Source: Planctomycetota bacterium (GTDB taxonomy: Bacteria > Planctomycetota > UBA1135 > UBA2386). Taken from it: a stretch of DNA of 64,000 nucleotides. Each line of letters starts with the position of its first letter. Position 1 is the stretch's first letter. Positions 1 to 10,503 of this stretch are shown here, piece after piece. The stretch covers positions 4,960,001 through 5,024,000 of the forward strand of contig OZ245006.1 of assembly GCA_965223545.1 (NCBI GenBank), read 5' to 3'. A program made the position numbers and the translations under genes. Under the pieces are notes generated by a model, which made no database searches, was not told the origin of the DNA, and saw only the letters and a list, made by a program, of their open reading frames with translations.

Positions 1-2
1 GC

Positions 3-1310
3 GTCGAGGACGGCCACCGCTTGCTCGGCACGACGTCGTGGTGGGTGCCCCGCGGCAGCACGCAGCCAAAACCGCTCGCCGATATGGCCGTCATGCCGCC
101 GTACGCGCTGCCGCCGTCGACCCGCCGTGCCGGTGCCGCGGTGCCGGTGTGCATCGACCCGGGCCACGGCGGCAGCGACCCGGGCGCCATCGGCTTCGGC
201 TACCAGGAGAAGGACATCAACCTCGACGTCGGGCTCAAGCTGCGCGCGTGGTTGGACCGGGACACGCAGGACGCGACGGGCGGTGGGGACTGGAACGTGT
301 TGATGACGCGCACCGACGATCGATTCATCAGCCTGTGCCAACGGGCCAACATGGCCAACGCCTTCGGTGCCGCGAGCTTTCTGTCGATCCACATGAACGC
401 GTTCACGTCGAGTGCCGCCAACGGCACCGAGACGTTCTGCATGGTCGGGCAAGAGGCGAATGCAGGAGGTCGGTTGCGCAACGTCGTGCAGACCGAGGCC
501 CTGGCGGCGTGGCGGCTGACCAATCGAGGCACCAAGTCGGCGAACTTCGCGGTGCTGCGCCTGACAGCGATGCCCGCGGCGTTGCTCGAGGGCGGCTTCA
601 TGACCAGCCCGATCGACATCGTACCGATCAGCGATCCGGCGGCGCGCGACACGCTGGCGTTGCACTGTTTGTTCGCGCTGCAGCAGCACCACGGGTTCGG
701 CCGCCACCGACCCAGCGGCGGAAGCGTGAATGGCACCCTGAAGGGCGTGCTCTACGATGCCGCGCGCGGCACCGCGGCGCGCATCGGCGGCGGCATGGTG
801 GGCCTTGGCGACGGGCGCTTCACGATGGCCCGCGCCTCGGACGGCTACTTCGAGATGACGTTGCCGGCCGCGACCTACAGCTACGCGGCGACTGCCGCGG
901 GCTTCGACCCGCTGGCGGCGAGCCGCACGGTGCCGGCGGGTGGCGAGATCTGGGGCAGTCTGGGGCTGTCCCCGGCAAACGTGCCGGCGCTCGCGCTCGA
1001 CCCGAATCCACCGCCGAGCGCGCCGCTCAATCTCTCCGTGCGCGGCGATCCGGGCTCGCCGGTCGTGCTCTTCGTCAACACCACCGTCGGTCTTCCGCTG
1101 CTGTCGTGGTCGGCGCTCGGGCTCGGCACCTCGTGGCCGTCGCTCGCCGGAGCGGCCAGCGCGACGATCGGGGTGGTGCCCGCCGGCGGCACGCTGGCGC
1201 TCGCGCTGCGCGCGCCGGCGCAGGTCGGGTTCCGCGTGCACTGCCAGGCGGCGGTGCGCAGTGGTGGTGGCTTCCGTTTGACCAACGGGGCCGCGTTCGA
1301 AGTGCGATAG
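3..1310 (+). CDS. N-acetylmuramoyl-L-alanine amidase (Amidase_3) with Ig-like/carboxypeptidase-regulatory-like domain and C-terminal conserved module; probably 5'-truncated by the window edge
   Basis: Zn-ligand motifs IDPGHGG, EKDINL, SIHMN and catalytic LLEGGF; TRTDDRFISLCQRANMAN. Frame is open from base 3; stop TAG at 1308-1310. Confidence 0.88.
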   Translation, partial: VEDGHRLLGTTSWWVPRGSTQPKPLADMAVMPPYALPPSTRRAGAAVPVCIDPGHGGSDPGAIGFGYQEKDINLDVGLKLRAWLDRDTQDATGGGDWNVLMTRTDDRFISLCQRANMANAFGAASFLSIHMNAFTSSAANGTETFCMVGQEANAGGRLRNVVQTEALAAWRLTNRGTKSANFAVLRLTAMPAALLEGGFMTSPIDIVPISDPAARDTLALHCLFALQQHHGFGRHRPSGGSVNGTLKGVLYDAARGTAARIGGGMVGLGDGRFTMARASDGYFEMTLPAATYSYAATAAGFDPLAASRTVPAGGEIWGSLGLSPANVPALALDPNPPPSAPLNLSVRGDPGSPVVLFVNTTVGLPLLSWSALGLGTSWPSLAGAASATIGVVPAGGTLALALRAPAQVGFRVHCQAAVRSGGGFRLTNGAAFEVR

Positions 1311-1336
1311 CTCGTTCGGCGAGGGGGCGACGACGA

Positions 1337-2371
1337 ATGACCACTGTCAGACGCCGGCGGGTGCGCCGCATGTGGTGGGAAGCGCTGGACTACGAGCGGT
1401 TGCTCGACGTGCGCCTGTGCGATCTCGACCTGCGCATCGAGGACACCGCGCTGGCCGCGCGCGTCGAGCGGCTGTACGGCGACCTCGAGCGCCGCGGACT
1501 GCGCTTTCGGCCCAATGTCTGGCTCTCCTCGGACTGGTTCTCGCCCGATCGGGTGCCGGGGTTCGCGATCCCGTTCTTTTTGGCGCACCGGCGGTTGGCG
1601 CGGATCGAGCACCGGCACATGCTGGAGGTCGAGGGTGGCTCCCACACCTGGTGCATGAAGCTCATGCGTCACGAAACCGGTCACGCCATCGACAACGCCT
1701 ACAAGCTGCACCACCGGCGCGGCTGGAGCGACGTGTTCGGCAAGTTCTCGCAGCCGTATCACGACACCTATCGGCCCAAGCCGGACAGCAAGGCGTTCGT
1801 GCAGAACCTCGACTACTGGTACTCACAGAGCCACCCCGCCGAGGACTGGGCCGAGTGTTTCGCCGTTTGGTTGCAGCCGGGTTCGCGCTGGCGCCAGCGC
1901 TACGCCGGCTGGCCGGTGCTCGCCAAGCTGGAGTACGTCGACACGTTGATGGAGCGCATCGCGACGCAGCCTGCCACGGTGCGCACCCGCCGGCGCGTGG
2001 ATTCGCTGCCGCGGTTGACGATGACTCTGCGTGAGTACTACGAGCGCAAGCAGCGCAGCTACCAGATCGATGCCGACGGCATGTTCGACGAGCACCTGCA
2101 TCGCTTGTTCGGTGTCGATCGGCCGCGGCGTCCCGCCGCATCCGCGTTCTTGCGCCGACACCGCCACTATCTGCGCACCCGCGTCGCGTCGGTGACCGGC
2201 GAGTATCGCTACGTCGTCGATCAGGCGCTGCGCGAGATGATTGCGGGTTGCCGGCGCCACGGCCTGCGGCTGGCCAAGTCGGAGCGCCAGACGCGCGCCG
2301 ACGCGGCGATCTTGCTGGCGTCGTTGACGGTGGGGTTGGTCGCCGGCCGGCGGCGGGAGTTCACGCGGTGA
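1337..2371 (+). CDS. Putative zinc-binding metallopeptidase (zincin, HExxH)
   Basis: Real start is likely ATG 1337 (or 1370) within ORF 38..2371. Motifs MRHETGHAIDNAY and YSQSHPAEDWAECFAVWL. Confidence 0.8.
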   Translation: MTTVRRRRVRRMWWEALDYERLLDVRLCDLDLRIEDTALAARVERLYGDLERRGLRFRPNVWLSSDWFSPDRVPGFAIPFFLAHRRLARIEHRHMLEVEGGSHTWCMKLMRHETGHAIDNAYKLHHRRGWSDVFGKFSQPYHDTYRPKPDSKAFVQNLDYWYSQSHPAEDWAECFAVWLQPGSRWRQRYAGWPVLAKLEYVDTLMERIATQPATVRTRRRVDSLPRLTMTLREYYERKQRSYQIDADGMFDEHLHRLFGVDRPRRPAASAFLRRHRHYLRTRVASVTGEYRYVVDQALREMIAGCRRHGLRLAKSERQTRADAAILLASLTVGLVAGRRREFTR

Positions 2372-3393
2372 AGAAGCTGCGGGTGTTGTTGTTGATGCAC
2401 GAGCATCTGGTGCCGCCGGACTCGATGGATGGTGTGCCGGAGAAGGAAGCCAACAACTGGCTGATGGAGTTCGACGTGCGCGCCGCCCTGCGGGACCTCG
2501 GCCACGAGGTCATCCAGCTCGGGGTCGGCGACGAGCTGTTGCCGATCCGGCGCGCCATCGAGGAGCACAAGCCGCACGTCTGCTGCAATTTGCTGACCCA
2601 CTTTCTCGACGTCGGCGCCTACCACGCGCACGTCGTCAGCTACCTCGAGCTGCAGCGCGCGGCCTACACCGGCTGCAATCCGCGGGGCCTCCTCTTGGCC
2701 GGCGACAAGGCGCTGTCGAAGAAAGTGCTGACCTATCACCGCGTCCGCGTGCCTCGCTTCGCGGTGTTCCGCTACGGCAAGGCGGTGCGCAGCGCGCGCG
2801 GGCTGCAGTTTCCACTGATCGTCAAGTCGGTCGCCGAGCAAGCGTCGATGGGGATCGCGCAGGCGTCGGTAGTGCGCGACTTCGATGCCCTCGTCGAGCG
2901 CGTCGCCTTCGTGCACCGCACGATCGGCACGGCGGCGATCGCGGAGCAGTACATCGAGGGGCGGGAGCTCAACGTCGGGGTGATTGGCAACGAGCGGCTG
3001 ACCGTCTTGCCCGTGCGGGAGGTGACGTTCGAGGCGATGCCGGAAGGATCGGCGCAGATCCTGACCGCGAAGGGCAAGTGGGACCTGGAGTACCAGAAGC
3101 GCATCGGTCTGAGCGCCGGTCCCGCGCAGCTGGACGAGCCCGTGCAGCGGGAGATCGAGCGGCAGGCCAAGCGCATCTACAAGGCGCTGTCGTTGACCGG
3201 CTACGCCCGCATCGATCTGCGACTCTCGCAGGAGGACAAGCCCTACGTCCTGGAAGCCAATCCCAACCCCGACGTCTGCCGTCACGAAGACTTCGCCTCC
3301 GCGGCGGCGGCCGCTGGGATCGACTACGAGTCGCTGATCCAAAAGATCATCGCGCTCGGCATCAGCCACCGCCCGGCTTGGAAGCGCGGTTGA
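2368..3393 (+). CDS. ATP-grasp ligase, D-Ala-D-Ala ligase-like family
   Basis: GTG start overlaps the upstream TGA (GTGA). Motifs DKALSK, FPLIVKS, EQYIEGRE, GYARIDLR, LEANPNP. Lacks the canonical Ddl N-terminal GGxSxE motif. Confidence 0.82.
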   Translation: MKKLRVLLLMHEHLVPPDSMDGVPEKEANNWLMEFDVRAALRDLGHEVIQLGVGDELLPIRRAIEEHKPHVCCNLLTHFLDVGAYHAHVVSYLELQRAAYTGCNPRGLLLAGDKALSKKVLTYHRVRVPRFAVFRYGKAVRSARGLQFPLIVKSVAEQASMGIAQASVVRDFDALVERVAFVHRTIGTAAIAEQYIEGRELNVGVIGNERLTVLPVREVTFEAMPEGSAQILTAKGKWDLEYQKRIGLSAGPAQLDEPVQREIERQAKRIYKALSLTGYARIDLRLSQEDKPYVLEANPNPDVCRHEDFASAAAAAGIDYESLIQKIIALGISHRPAWKRG

Positions 3394-3395
3394 GC

Positions 3396-5120
3396 ATGCG
3401 ATCGGCGCCCCTTCTTGCACCTTCGAGTACGACATCCACGACGACCATGCTGGATTCTGTGAGGCCGTTCTCGGAGCGCTGGTGCACCGCGATCGCCATC
3501 ACGCTGGTCGTACCGTCGGTCGCGGTGGCGCAGGTGCCGGCGGTGGAGGACGGGCCAGCGACGGCCTTCGTCGATACGGTCAAGTCGGAAGCCCTGGCGG
3601 AGTCGCTGCTCGAGTGGGTCAGCGCGGTCGAGCAGCGCGCGGTGCCGTTCGACGAGCTGGTGCCGATCTACCCCGGCGAGCATCCGCTGTATGCCGCGGC
3701 CATCGCCGCGTTCGCCGTCGACGTGCCGCGCAGTCTGCGCGTCACCCACGCCGAGATGTACGCGCGGCTGTTGCGTGCGGCCGAGAACGGCTTCACGCCG
3801 GCGCTGTGTTGGCCGCTGCTGCGCGCCGCCGCGATGGCGGATGGCGAGCGCGCCTTCGAGCCGCTCGTGCTGCAGGCGCGCGATGACGCGCTGTGGACTT
3901 GGTTGCGGGCCGCTCCGCCACCGGCGTGGCAGTGGCTGCGCGCGCACATCGCCGACCGGTCACGCGCGGAGCGCATGCCGCACGTGGCCGCCGCGGCGTT
4001 GCGCCTGCTCGGCGAACACGGTGAAGCCGCCGACCACGCCCTGGTCGCTGGCTACTTGCGGACCCGGGACCCGCGGCCGCGCCGGGCGGCCGCCGCCGCG
4101 CTGGCGCGGCTGGCCAGCGCCGAGACCTACGCGCTCGTGGTCGAGCGCCTGGGCTTCGAGCCGCACGCGATGGTGCGGCAGGAGCTGTTGGTGGCGCTGC
4201 AAGCGGCGTTGACCTCGGCCCGCCCGTCGCCGGCGCAGCTGGTCGCCGACCTGGCCCCGTTTCTGCGGGGCCGCGACTGGCGCGTGTCGATCGCGGTCGT
4301 CGATCTGTTGGCGGCGCATCCCTGTGCCGAGGGCGTCGATGCACTGTTGTTACTGATGGAGCGCCAGGCGGGGGCGACTGGGCGGCGCCGGGTTCCGCTG
4401 CTGCAGGAGCGGGTTTGGCGGCGGCTGCGCGAGATCACGGGAGCGAACCTGCCGGCCGACGATGTGCGCGGGTGGCGTGAGTTCTGGCAGCGGGAGGGCG
4501 CGCAGGTCCGGCTGCGGCCGGCGGGGCCGCGCGCGGGCGTGCGGCGGACGCGGGCGACGATGCGCGATGTGCCGGTGATGGGCCGCGACGTCGCGTTCTT
4601 GCTCGACGCGTCGGCGAGCATGAAGAAGACCGTGCCCGATCCCGCCGACCCTGCGGCGGCCGCGGTGGCCCGACTCGAGCTCGCTGGCCGACAGATCGCG
4701 GCGGCGGTGGCGCGACTGCGCAAGGGCACGCACTACTCGCTGCTGACCTTCACCAAGACCACGACGGCCCGGTTCGAGGAAACCGCGGGGCGCCGCCGCG
4801 GCGAGCGCGAAGCGCTGACGTCGTTCCTCGCCGGGCTGCGCGCGGAGGGCGGCAGCGACATCCTCGGCGGCATCCTGCACGTGCTCGCGGCGGAAGCCGA
4901 GCGCGCCGATCCCGACGGCCTCGAAGAGCTCTTCGTCGTCTCCGACGGCCTGCCCTCGGGCGGCGAGGTCGTCGAGCCGGCGCGCATTCTGCAGATCGTG
5001 CGCGAGCTCAACCGCGGCCGGCGGATCCGAATCCACACCGTGTTCGCGGGCACCGGTGCGGGCGAGGAGTTCCTGCGTCAGCTCGCGGCGGAGAACGATG
5101 GCGAGTTCGTCCGGATGTGA
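3396..5120 (+). CDS. HEAT-repeat protein with C-terminal VWA domain
   Basis: Helical Ala/Leu/Arg repeats; MIDAS-like FLLDASASM; LFVVSDGLPSGG; IRIHTV; FLRQLAAENDGEF. Start at 3396 or 3447. Confidence 0.75.
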   Translation: MRSAPLLAPSSTTSTTTMLDSVRPFSERWCTAIAITLVVPSVAVAQVPAVEDGPATAFVDTVKSEALAESLLEWVSAVEQRAVPFDELVPIYPGEHPLYAAAIAAFAVDVPRSLRVTHAEMYARLLRAAENGFTPALCWPLLRAAAMADGERAFEPLVLQARDDALWTWLRAAPPPAWQWLRAHIADRSRAERMPHVAAAALRLLGEHGEAADHALVAGYLRTRDPRPRRAAAAALARLASAETYALVVERLGFEPHAMVRQELLVALQAALTSARPSPAQLVADLAPFLRGRDWRVSIAVVDLLAAHPCAEGVDALLLLMERQAGATGRRRVPLLQERVWRRLREITGANLPADDVRGWREFWQREGAQVRLRPAGPRAGVRRTRATMRDVPVMGRDVAFLLDASASMKKTVPDPADPAAAAVARLELAGRQIAAAVARLRKGTHYSLLTFTKTTTARFEETAGRRRGEREALTSFLAGLRAEGGSDILGGILHVLAAEAERADPDGLEELFVVSDGLPSGGEVVEPARILQIVRELNRGRRIRIHTVFAGTGAGEEFLRQLAAENDGEFVRM

Positions 5121-6417
5121 GCGGCTGCACCGCGCTTGGCGGGCGGCTGCTCTGCTGGGGTTGGCCGTGGGGCTGCCGGCGCAGGCCGACGCCCTCTACC
5201 GCGGCGCCCCGATCCGCTACGGCGAGCGGACCGCGGACGACGCGGTGACCCGCCTGCAGGAGCGCTTGGCGGCGGGAGAGGTCGAGCTGCGGCGCGACGC
5301 CACCCACGGCTATCTGCGGGGGCTGCTCGACGCGCTGGCCGTGCCGGTTTCTTCGCAGGCCTTGGTGTTTTCGAAGACCAGCTTGCAGCACCAGCGGATC
5401 TCGCCCGACAACCCGCGCGCGGTCTACTTCGGCGAAGACGCCTACGTCGGGTTCGTGCCGGGCGGCAGCGTCCTCGAAGTGACGGTGATGGATGCGCGCT
5501 TGGGCCCGGTGTTCTACACCCTCGACCAGCAAGCCCTGGAGCCGCGGTTCGAGCGGCACACCGAGCTCTGCTTGGCCTGTCACGCCAGCGGCCGCACGGC
5601 GGGCTGGCCCGGGCACTTGGTGCGCTCGGTGTTCGCCGATGCCGCCGGTCACCCGCTGCAGGCCGCTCCCGGCTTCGTCACCACGCACCAGAGCCCCTTG
5701 GCCGAGCGCTGGGGTGGTTGGTACGTCACCGGCACGCACGGTGCGCAGCGACACATGGGCAACGTCACGTTATCGGCGCGGCCCGATCCGAACGAGGCCC
5801 CCGTCCTCGATGTCGAAGCCGGCGCCAATCGCGAGGTGCTGCCGGCACGTGTGGACCCCGACCGCTACCTGTCGCCGCACAGCGATCTCGTTGCCCTGAT
5901 GGTGCTCGAGCATCAGGCGCACGTGCACAACGTGCTCGCTCGCGCGGGATACGAGGCGCAGCGCGCCCAACATCGCCACGCGCAAAGACTGCCGGACAGC
6001 GACCGCGACACCAAGTTGCGCCGCGATCTGCACGGCATCGCGGCCGACGTCCTCGAGGCCGTCCTGCTGCGCGATGAGGCCCGGCTCGACGGGCGGTTGC
6101 GCGGCACGTCGGCGTTCGCGGAAGAGTTCGCAGCGTCGGGGCCCCGCGATCGCGCCGGTCGCTCGCTGCGCGAGCTCGACCTCGAGCAGCGGTTGTTCCG
6201 CTATCCGTGCAGCTACTTGATCTACTCGCCGTCCTTCGACACGCTGCCGCCGGCAGTGCTGGACGCGGTCTACACCAGGATGTGGCGCATTCTCACCGGC
6301 CGTTTCGGTCGTCGTTCCTGGCCGTTCACTCGAGAGCAGCGGCAAGCCATCCTCGAGATCTTGCTCGACACCAAGAAGGGACTGCCCGCGAGTTGGCACC
6401 GCGTCGAAGTGCGGTAG
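5098..6417 (+). CDS. Conserved exported protein with a single c-type heme motif
   Basis: Signal-peptide-like AAALLGLAVGLPAQA; CLACH; conserved-looking blocks SQALVFSKTSLQ, PRAVYF, ERWGGWYVTG, RSLRELDL, LFRYPCSYLIYS. Start uncertain. Confidence 0.7.
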   Translation: MASSSGCERLHRAWRAAALLGLAVGLPAQADALYRGAPIRYGERTADDAVTRLQERLAAGEVELRRDATHGYLRGLLDALAVPVSSQALVFSKTSLQHQRISPDNPRAVYFGEDAYVGFVPGGSVLEVTVMDARLGPVFYTLDQQALEPRFERHTELCLACHASGRTAGWPGHLVRSVFADAAGHPLQAAPGFVTTHQSPLAERWGGWYVTGTHGAQRHMGNVTLSARPDPNEAPVLDVEAGANREVLPARVDPDRYLSPHSDLVALMVLEHQAHVHNVLARAGYEAQRAQHRHAQRLPDSDRDTKLRRDLHGIAADVLEAVLLRDEARLDGRLRGTSAFAEEFAASGPRDRAGRSLRELDLEQRLFRYPCSYLIYSPSFDTLPPAVLDAVYTRMWRILTGRFGRRSWPFTREQRQAILEILLDTKKGLPASWHRVEVR

Positions 6418-6435
6418 GCTCGCAGTGCGGTGGGG

Positions 6436-7137
6436 TCAGCGGCCCTCGAGGTGGTCGAAGATCGCGTAGGCAAACGGTGACCACGCGGCGGTGCGCACGC
6501 CGATGTGTTTGAGGGCGCGGTTCGTCCAGTTGTTGCACGTGTCGAGCAGGTGGTAGCTGCCCTCGGCATGGTAGAAGGCGTCTGAGCTCCAGTAGCTCTC
6601 GCCCTTCAGGAGCATCGGCCGGCCGCTGGCGTCCAGGCGGAAGCTCGCGCGGATGAACGTCACCAGCTCGCGATACTCGGTCGCGGTGAGGGTGAGCTTG
6701 ACGCAGCGTGGACCGGGGAGCGGAGTGAGAGCGTGGTAGGTCACGTGCATGACCGTGGCGGAGGGCCAGAAGACCGCCTTCAACGTGGTGCCGATCGAGA
6801 GGTCGTCCCAGCGCGGAGTCAGGACGTAGAAGTCGTGGTCGCCCCAACCGATGGCGACGTAGCGCTGAAAGCGCAGGATCGCGGGATCCTCGAGCGGCGC
6901 GAACGCAGTCCAGTCGATGGTCGCGCTGCGGATGGGGAGCACGAGGTCGGTGTGGACGCCTTGGTTCCAGACCCAGATGTCCACGCCGGTACTGGCCTGG
7001 CGATAGTCGCGGTTGACGGCGATGGCCCCGAGACTGCAGACCGCGAGGAAGTAGCTGGCGGTCAGCCCGAGGACGGTCAGGGCGCCTCGTTTGAGGATGC
7101 GGCGGACGCGGCGGCGTTTGGTCGCTTCCGTCGGCAC
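6436..7137 (-). CDS. DUF2459 / TIGR02117-family protein
   Basis: GVHTDLVLP, IGWGDHDFY, AFYHAEGSYHLLDTCNNWT motifs; N-terminal TM segment. Confidence 0.78.
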   Translation of the reverse strand: MPTEATKRRRVRRILKRGALTVLGLTASYFLAVCSLGAIAVNRDYRQASTGVDIWVWNQGVHTDLVLPIRSATIDWTAFAPLEDPAILRFQRYVAIGWGDHDFYVLTPRWDDLSIGTTLKAVFWPSATVMHVTYHALTPLPGPRCVKLTLTATEYRELVTFIRASFRLDASGRPMLLKGESYWSSDAFYHAEGSYHLLDTCNNWTNRALKHIGVRTAAWSPFAYAIFDHLEGR

Positions 7138-7150
7138 GAACCGGCTCCGG

Positions 7151-10100
7151 TCACTCCGGCGCGGGCACGAGGCGGTAGCGCCCGTTGGGGAAGTCCATCT
7201 CCAAGATCTGACCCTGGAGCAGGGCGAAGCTGACGACCAGCGGGGTCGGATCGTCCGCCCACGGGGTGAGGCGGTCGATCAGCACGGTCTGCTGCGGCTC
7301 GATGCGCAGCGCTCCGAACTGAACCCACCGCAACGCGCCGTTGTGCAGTGGGCCGTCCGCTCCGCGAGACAGCGCTGCGAGCCGCACCTGTTCGAGCGGC
7401 TTGATCCAGACCGTGGCGCTCTTGCTGGTGACGGGTGCTGCCCACGTGCGGACGCCTCCAGGAAGCCCGGCGGCGAAGACTCTGTGGGTGGCGATCGACT
7501 GCATGTCCGCCCAGCCGTCCCCATCGAACGACCCCGGTGGCTCGATCCGCAGGGCATGACTCTGCAGATTGAACGTGATGCACGCTCCGGCCAGCATCGT
7601 CGAACCCAGATACCCGAGCACGCGGCTGCCGTTGGGGGCCTCCGGCACCGGTTGATCGAGCCGGTCGAACACACCGCGCGCCGCCCGAAGCGGCCCGCAC
7701 TGCACGTCTCTCGCCTCCAGCGCCCTGCCATTGCCTGATTGCGGGGCGCCGGCGATGACCAGGGCATCGAACAGCGGGCCATCGAGCCAGCTCAGTTCCA
7801 GGAGCGGTGTTAGCAGGAACCACCCCTGCTGGTCGCCGATCCGGCCCTCGCACCACAGCACGTCACCCCGCGGGGTCAGCTCGAGCGGCTCGGCATCGGG
7901 CGCGAACCACGGTCCTGCCAGTTGTTCGGGCAGCGTGAATCGTCCGTCGATCGGTGCCAAGCGCCAAGTATCCACGTGGTAGCGCGTGCTCGACGCGTCC
8001 TCCGAGTCGTCGACCACGATCTCGTGCGGCAAGACCAAATCGCCGACGCGGCGAAGGTCGGACAGTCGTGTCGGACGGCTTTGACTCGGTGGCCGCGGTT
8101 GGACGGGATCGACCCAGCGCGGCAGCCACGTCTCGCGATCGATGCCGATCCTGGGTCGGTACACCGCGCCGTCGATGAGCAGCTCGAGCACTACGTGTTG
8201 GTCGGTGACCTCGGCGACTTCGACACCGGCCAACGCGTCGGGGACGAGAAACGCTCCCCCGACCCCAGCTCCCCAGCCGACGGAGAAGGCGAGTTCTGAG
8301 GGGCCGGTTTCGACCCACCCCCATCCAGTGTCTTGGAAGCTCGAAACGCCGTCGTACAGGCTGTCGAGGCCGAGCGGCCCGAACACTCGCTGCCGGAACC
8401 TGCCGTCGGCGGCGTACGCGAACTCAAACGTCGTCGGGCGGCCGCCGTACGTCCCATTGCCGCGCGCCACCAGCATGTGCTCCGCTGCGATCTGCCCGCG
8501 CGCCGCGCGAGCACGCGTCAACACCGCGTCGCGCGTCGTTGTTTCGGCGCTCGCGAACGCGACCCGCACCCGCGTTTCGGCGTGCTCTCCGCCGGCCTCG
8601 GATCGGATCTCGACGTGGCCCAAGAGCCGGAGCAACGAACCCGCCGCGCGGCAGGCGGCAACCCCGACTTCGCGCTTGGGAGTCCTCCGCCCATGCGTGA
8701 GTAGCTGTGTCACCGTATCGAGCAGATCACCGATGCGCGCGCCCGTCGTCTGCAGGCAGAACCTGCGGTCCTCCGGCCAGGACCGGCTGCCGCCCTGGAT
8801 CAGGCGATTGGTCAACCGCTCGGAGGTCGAGATCACGAGGATCTCGCCGAGCATCACCGCGTGTGGTTGCAGGTCGGGACCGGCCCCGTCCGGGAGGATG
8901 ACGTCGATGCGTTCGTCACCCAGTCGTAGCTCGATCCCATCGAACTCCGTCAGTGGCGTGAGCAGCTGGCGGGCGAACCACAGCCCGGAGTTCGTGGAGC
9001 GGGGCCGGCTGAGAATCGCGAATGCTGGTGCTGGGCGCCGCCGCGATTCCGCGGGGCCGACGCCGCCGTCGGTGGTGGTGATCACCGCAAAGCCCGGTAG
9101 AAACTGGGCACGTGAGGGGGCGAGCGCCTCGTGCATCCGGGCGACTGGCGCGACCGACGCGGGTGGCTCGAGTGCCCCCGTCTCTCCCTCCTCCAGATCT
9201 CGGAGCAGGGCGCGGTTGATCGCTCGATCGATCACGTTGGCGAGCCCCGCGAGCAGCGCTTCGGGAAACGAATGCAGGGCCGATCCGACCCACAGCTCCA
9301 CGGCGTCCGGCAGCCGTGCCATCAGCTCCGCCATCGCGTTGGAGTCGGCCACCGCTCGTTCCGTCCCCCGCGCGCGCCACGAGAGTTCGACTCCGTCGTC
9401 GCCGAGGCGCAGACCTCCACTTCCCACGCTACTGCCGAACGGTTCACGGCCGGCCTCGGCGTCTGCGGCGAGTGGCAACCACTCCGCTTCCAAAGCGGGC
9501 AAGCGCTTCGCAATGGGTGAGGTCCTCAGCTCTTGCAGTAGGTCGGCGTAGGTCGATGCGGTTGCCGAGAAGGCGCGCGTGTCCCACTCGAACGAGGCGA
9601 GCTCGCCGGCGCCAAGTGGGAGGCTCGCCGACGTCGGCGGCGCGCCCGTGCTGGTGCACTCCACGCGCCAGTAGTCGTCCTCGCAGTCGAGCTGCAGCCG
9701 GAATCGCAACCCTCGGGTGGCCATTGGCTGCGCGCGCGAGGACCGAATCATCGCGCGCGCTCTCGGTCTTCGACAAGCCGATCAGGTCCGGCCCCAAGAG
9801 CTCGACGATCCTGGCCATGTCGACCTCGATTGCCCAGGTGTCGACGTCGTCATCGACCGAGATCCCGAGATCCGCGAGCAGCTCGACGTCTGGCAGTTCG
9901 GCGTCGAGCCGCTCTACCACGTTGTCGTGAATGTGACGTGCTGCCGTTGCCGAGCGCAGTCGGATCTCGGCCCTCATTGCCATGCCTCGCAACCCGTGCA
10001 GGCTCGCCAGCAACCGATCTTCCAGCGCCTCGCGCAGGTCCCGCGCATCCTGCGCAGGGAGCGCGTGCGATTCTTGCAGTGCCTCCATGACGCTGCCGAG

Positions 10101-10439
10101 GGTCATCATGTGCGCGAACACGGTGCCACTGCCGCGGGCGCACTCGAACTCGACTCGCCTGGGCACCCACGGCGCCGCGAGCTGGAGCGCGCCCGTGATC
10201 GCCCCGGCGCGAGCCGCCGAGAGGCCCGCCCGCCGGGCGTCTTCGCCCTGCAGCCAGACCTGCACGGGCGCGGAGGCCAGCGCGGCCTCCAGCGGAGGCA
10301 GTGGGTCGCCCAGCGTCACCCGCAGCATGGATCGTGAGCTGTCGCGATCGGCTTGGCCCGGCATCGGCGTGGGCAGCAGGGCGATGCATGCGAGCAGCCA
10401 CCAAGGGGTGGGAATCGAACCGGGCACTGTCGTCTCCAT
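7151..10439 (-). pseudogene. Large secreted protein (~1095 aa if repaired) with C-terminal degenerate tandem retropepsin-like lobes; interrupted by a one-base frameshift near 9724
   Basis: The frame from ATG 10439 (signal peptide WWLLACIALLP) reads protein-like to ...SVLARAA. Removing one A from GCA GCC AAT GGC CAC gives AAMATRGLRF, in frame with ORF 7151..9751. Could equally be a sequencing error. Confidence 0.6.
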
Positions 10440-10503
10440 GAGACGTGAGGTTAGCGTCTCCCGCGCGCGAGACGACAACGCTCTCGCCGTCGCGACCCCT
10501 CCA

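Noticed and set aside
38..1336. N-terminal extension of the metallopeptidase ORF (777 aa)
   Set aside because: Off-frame overlap with the amidase gene; protein-like sequence begins at 1337/1370.
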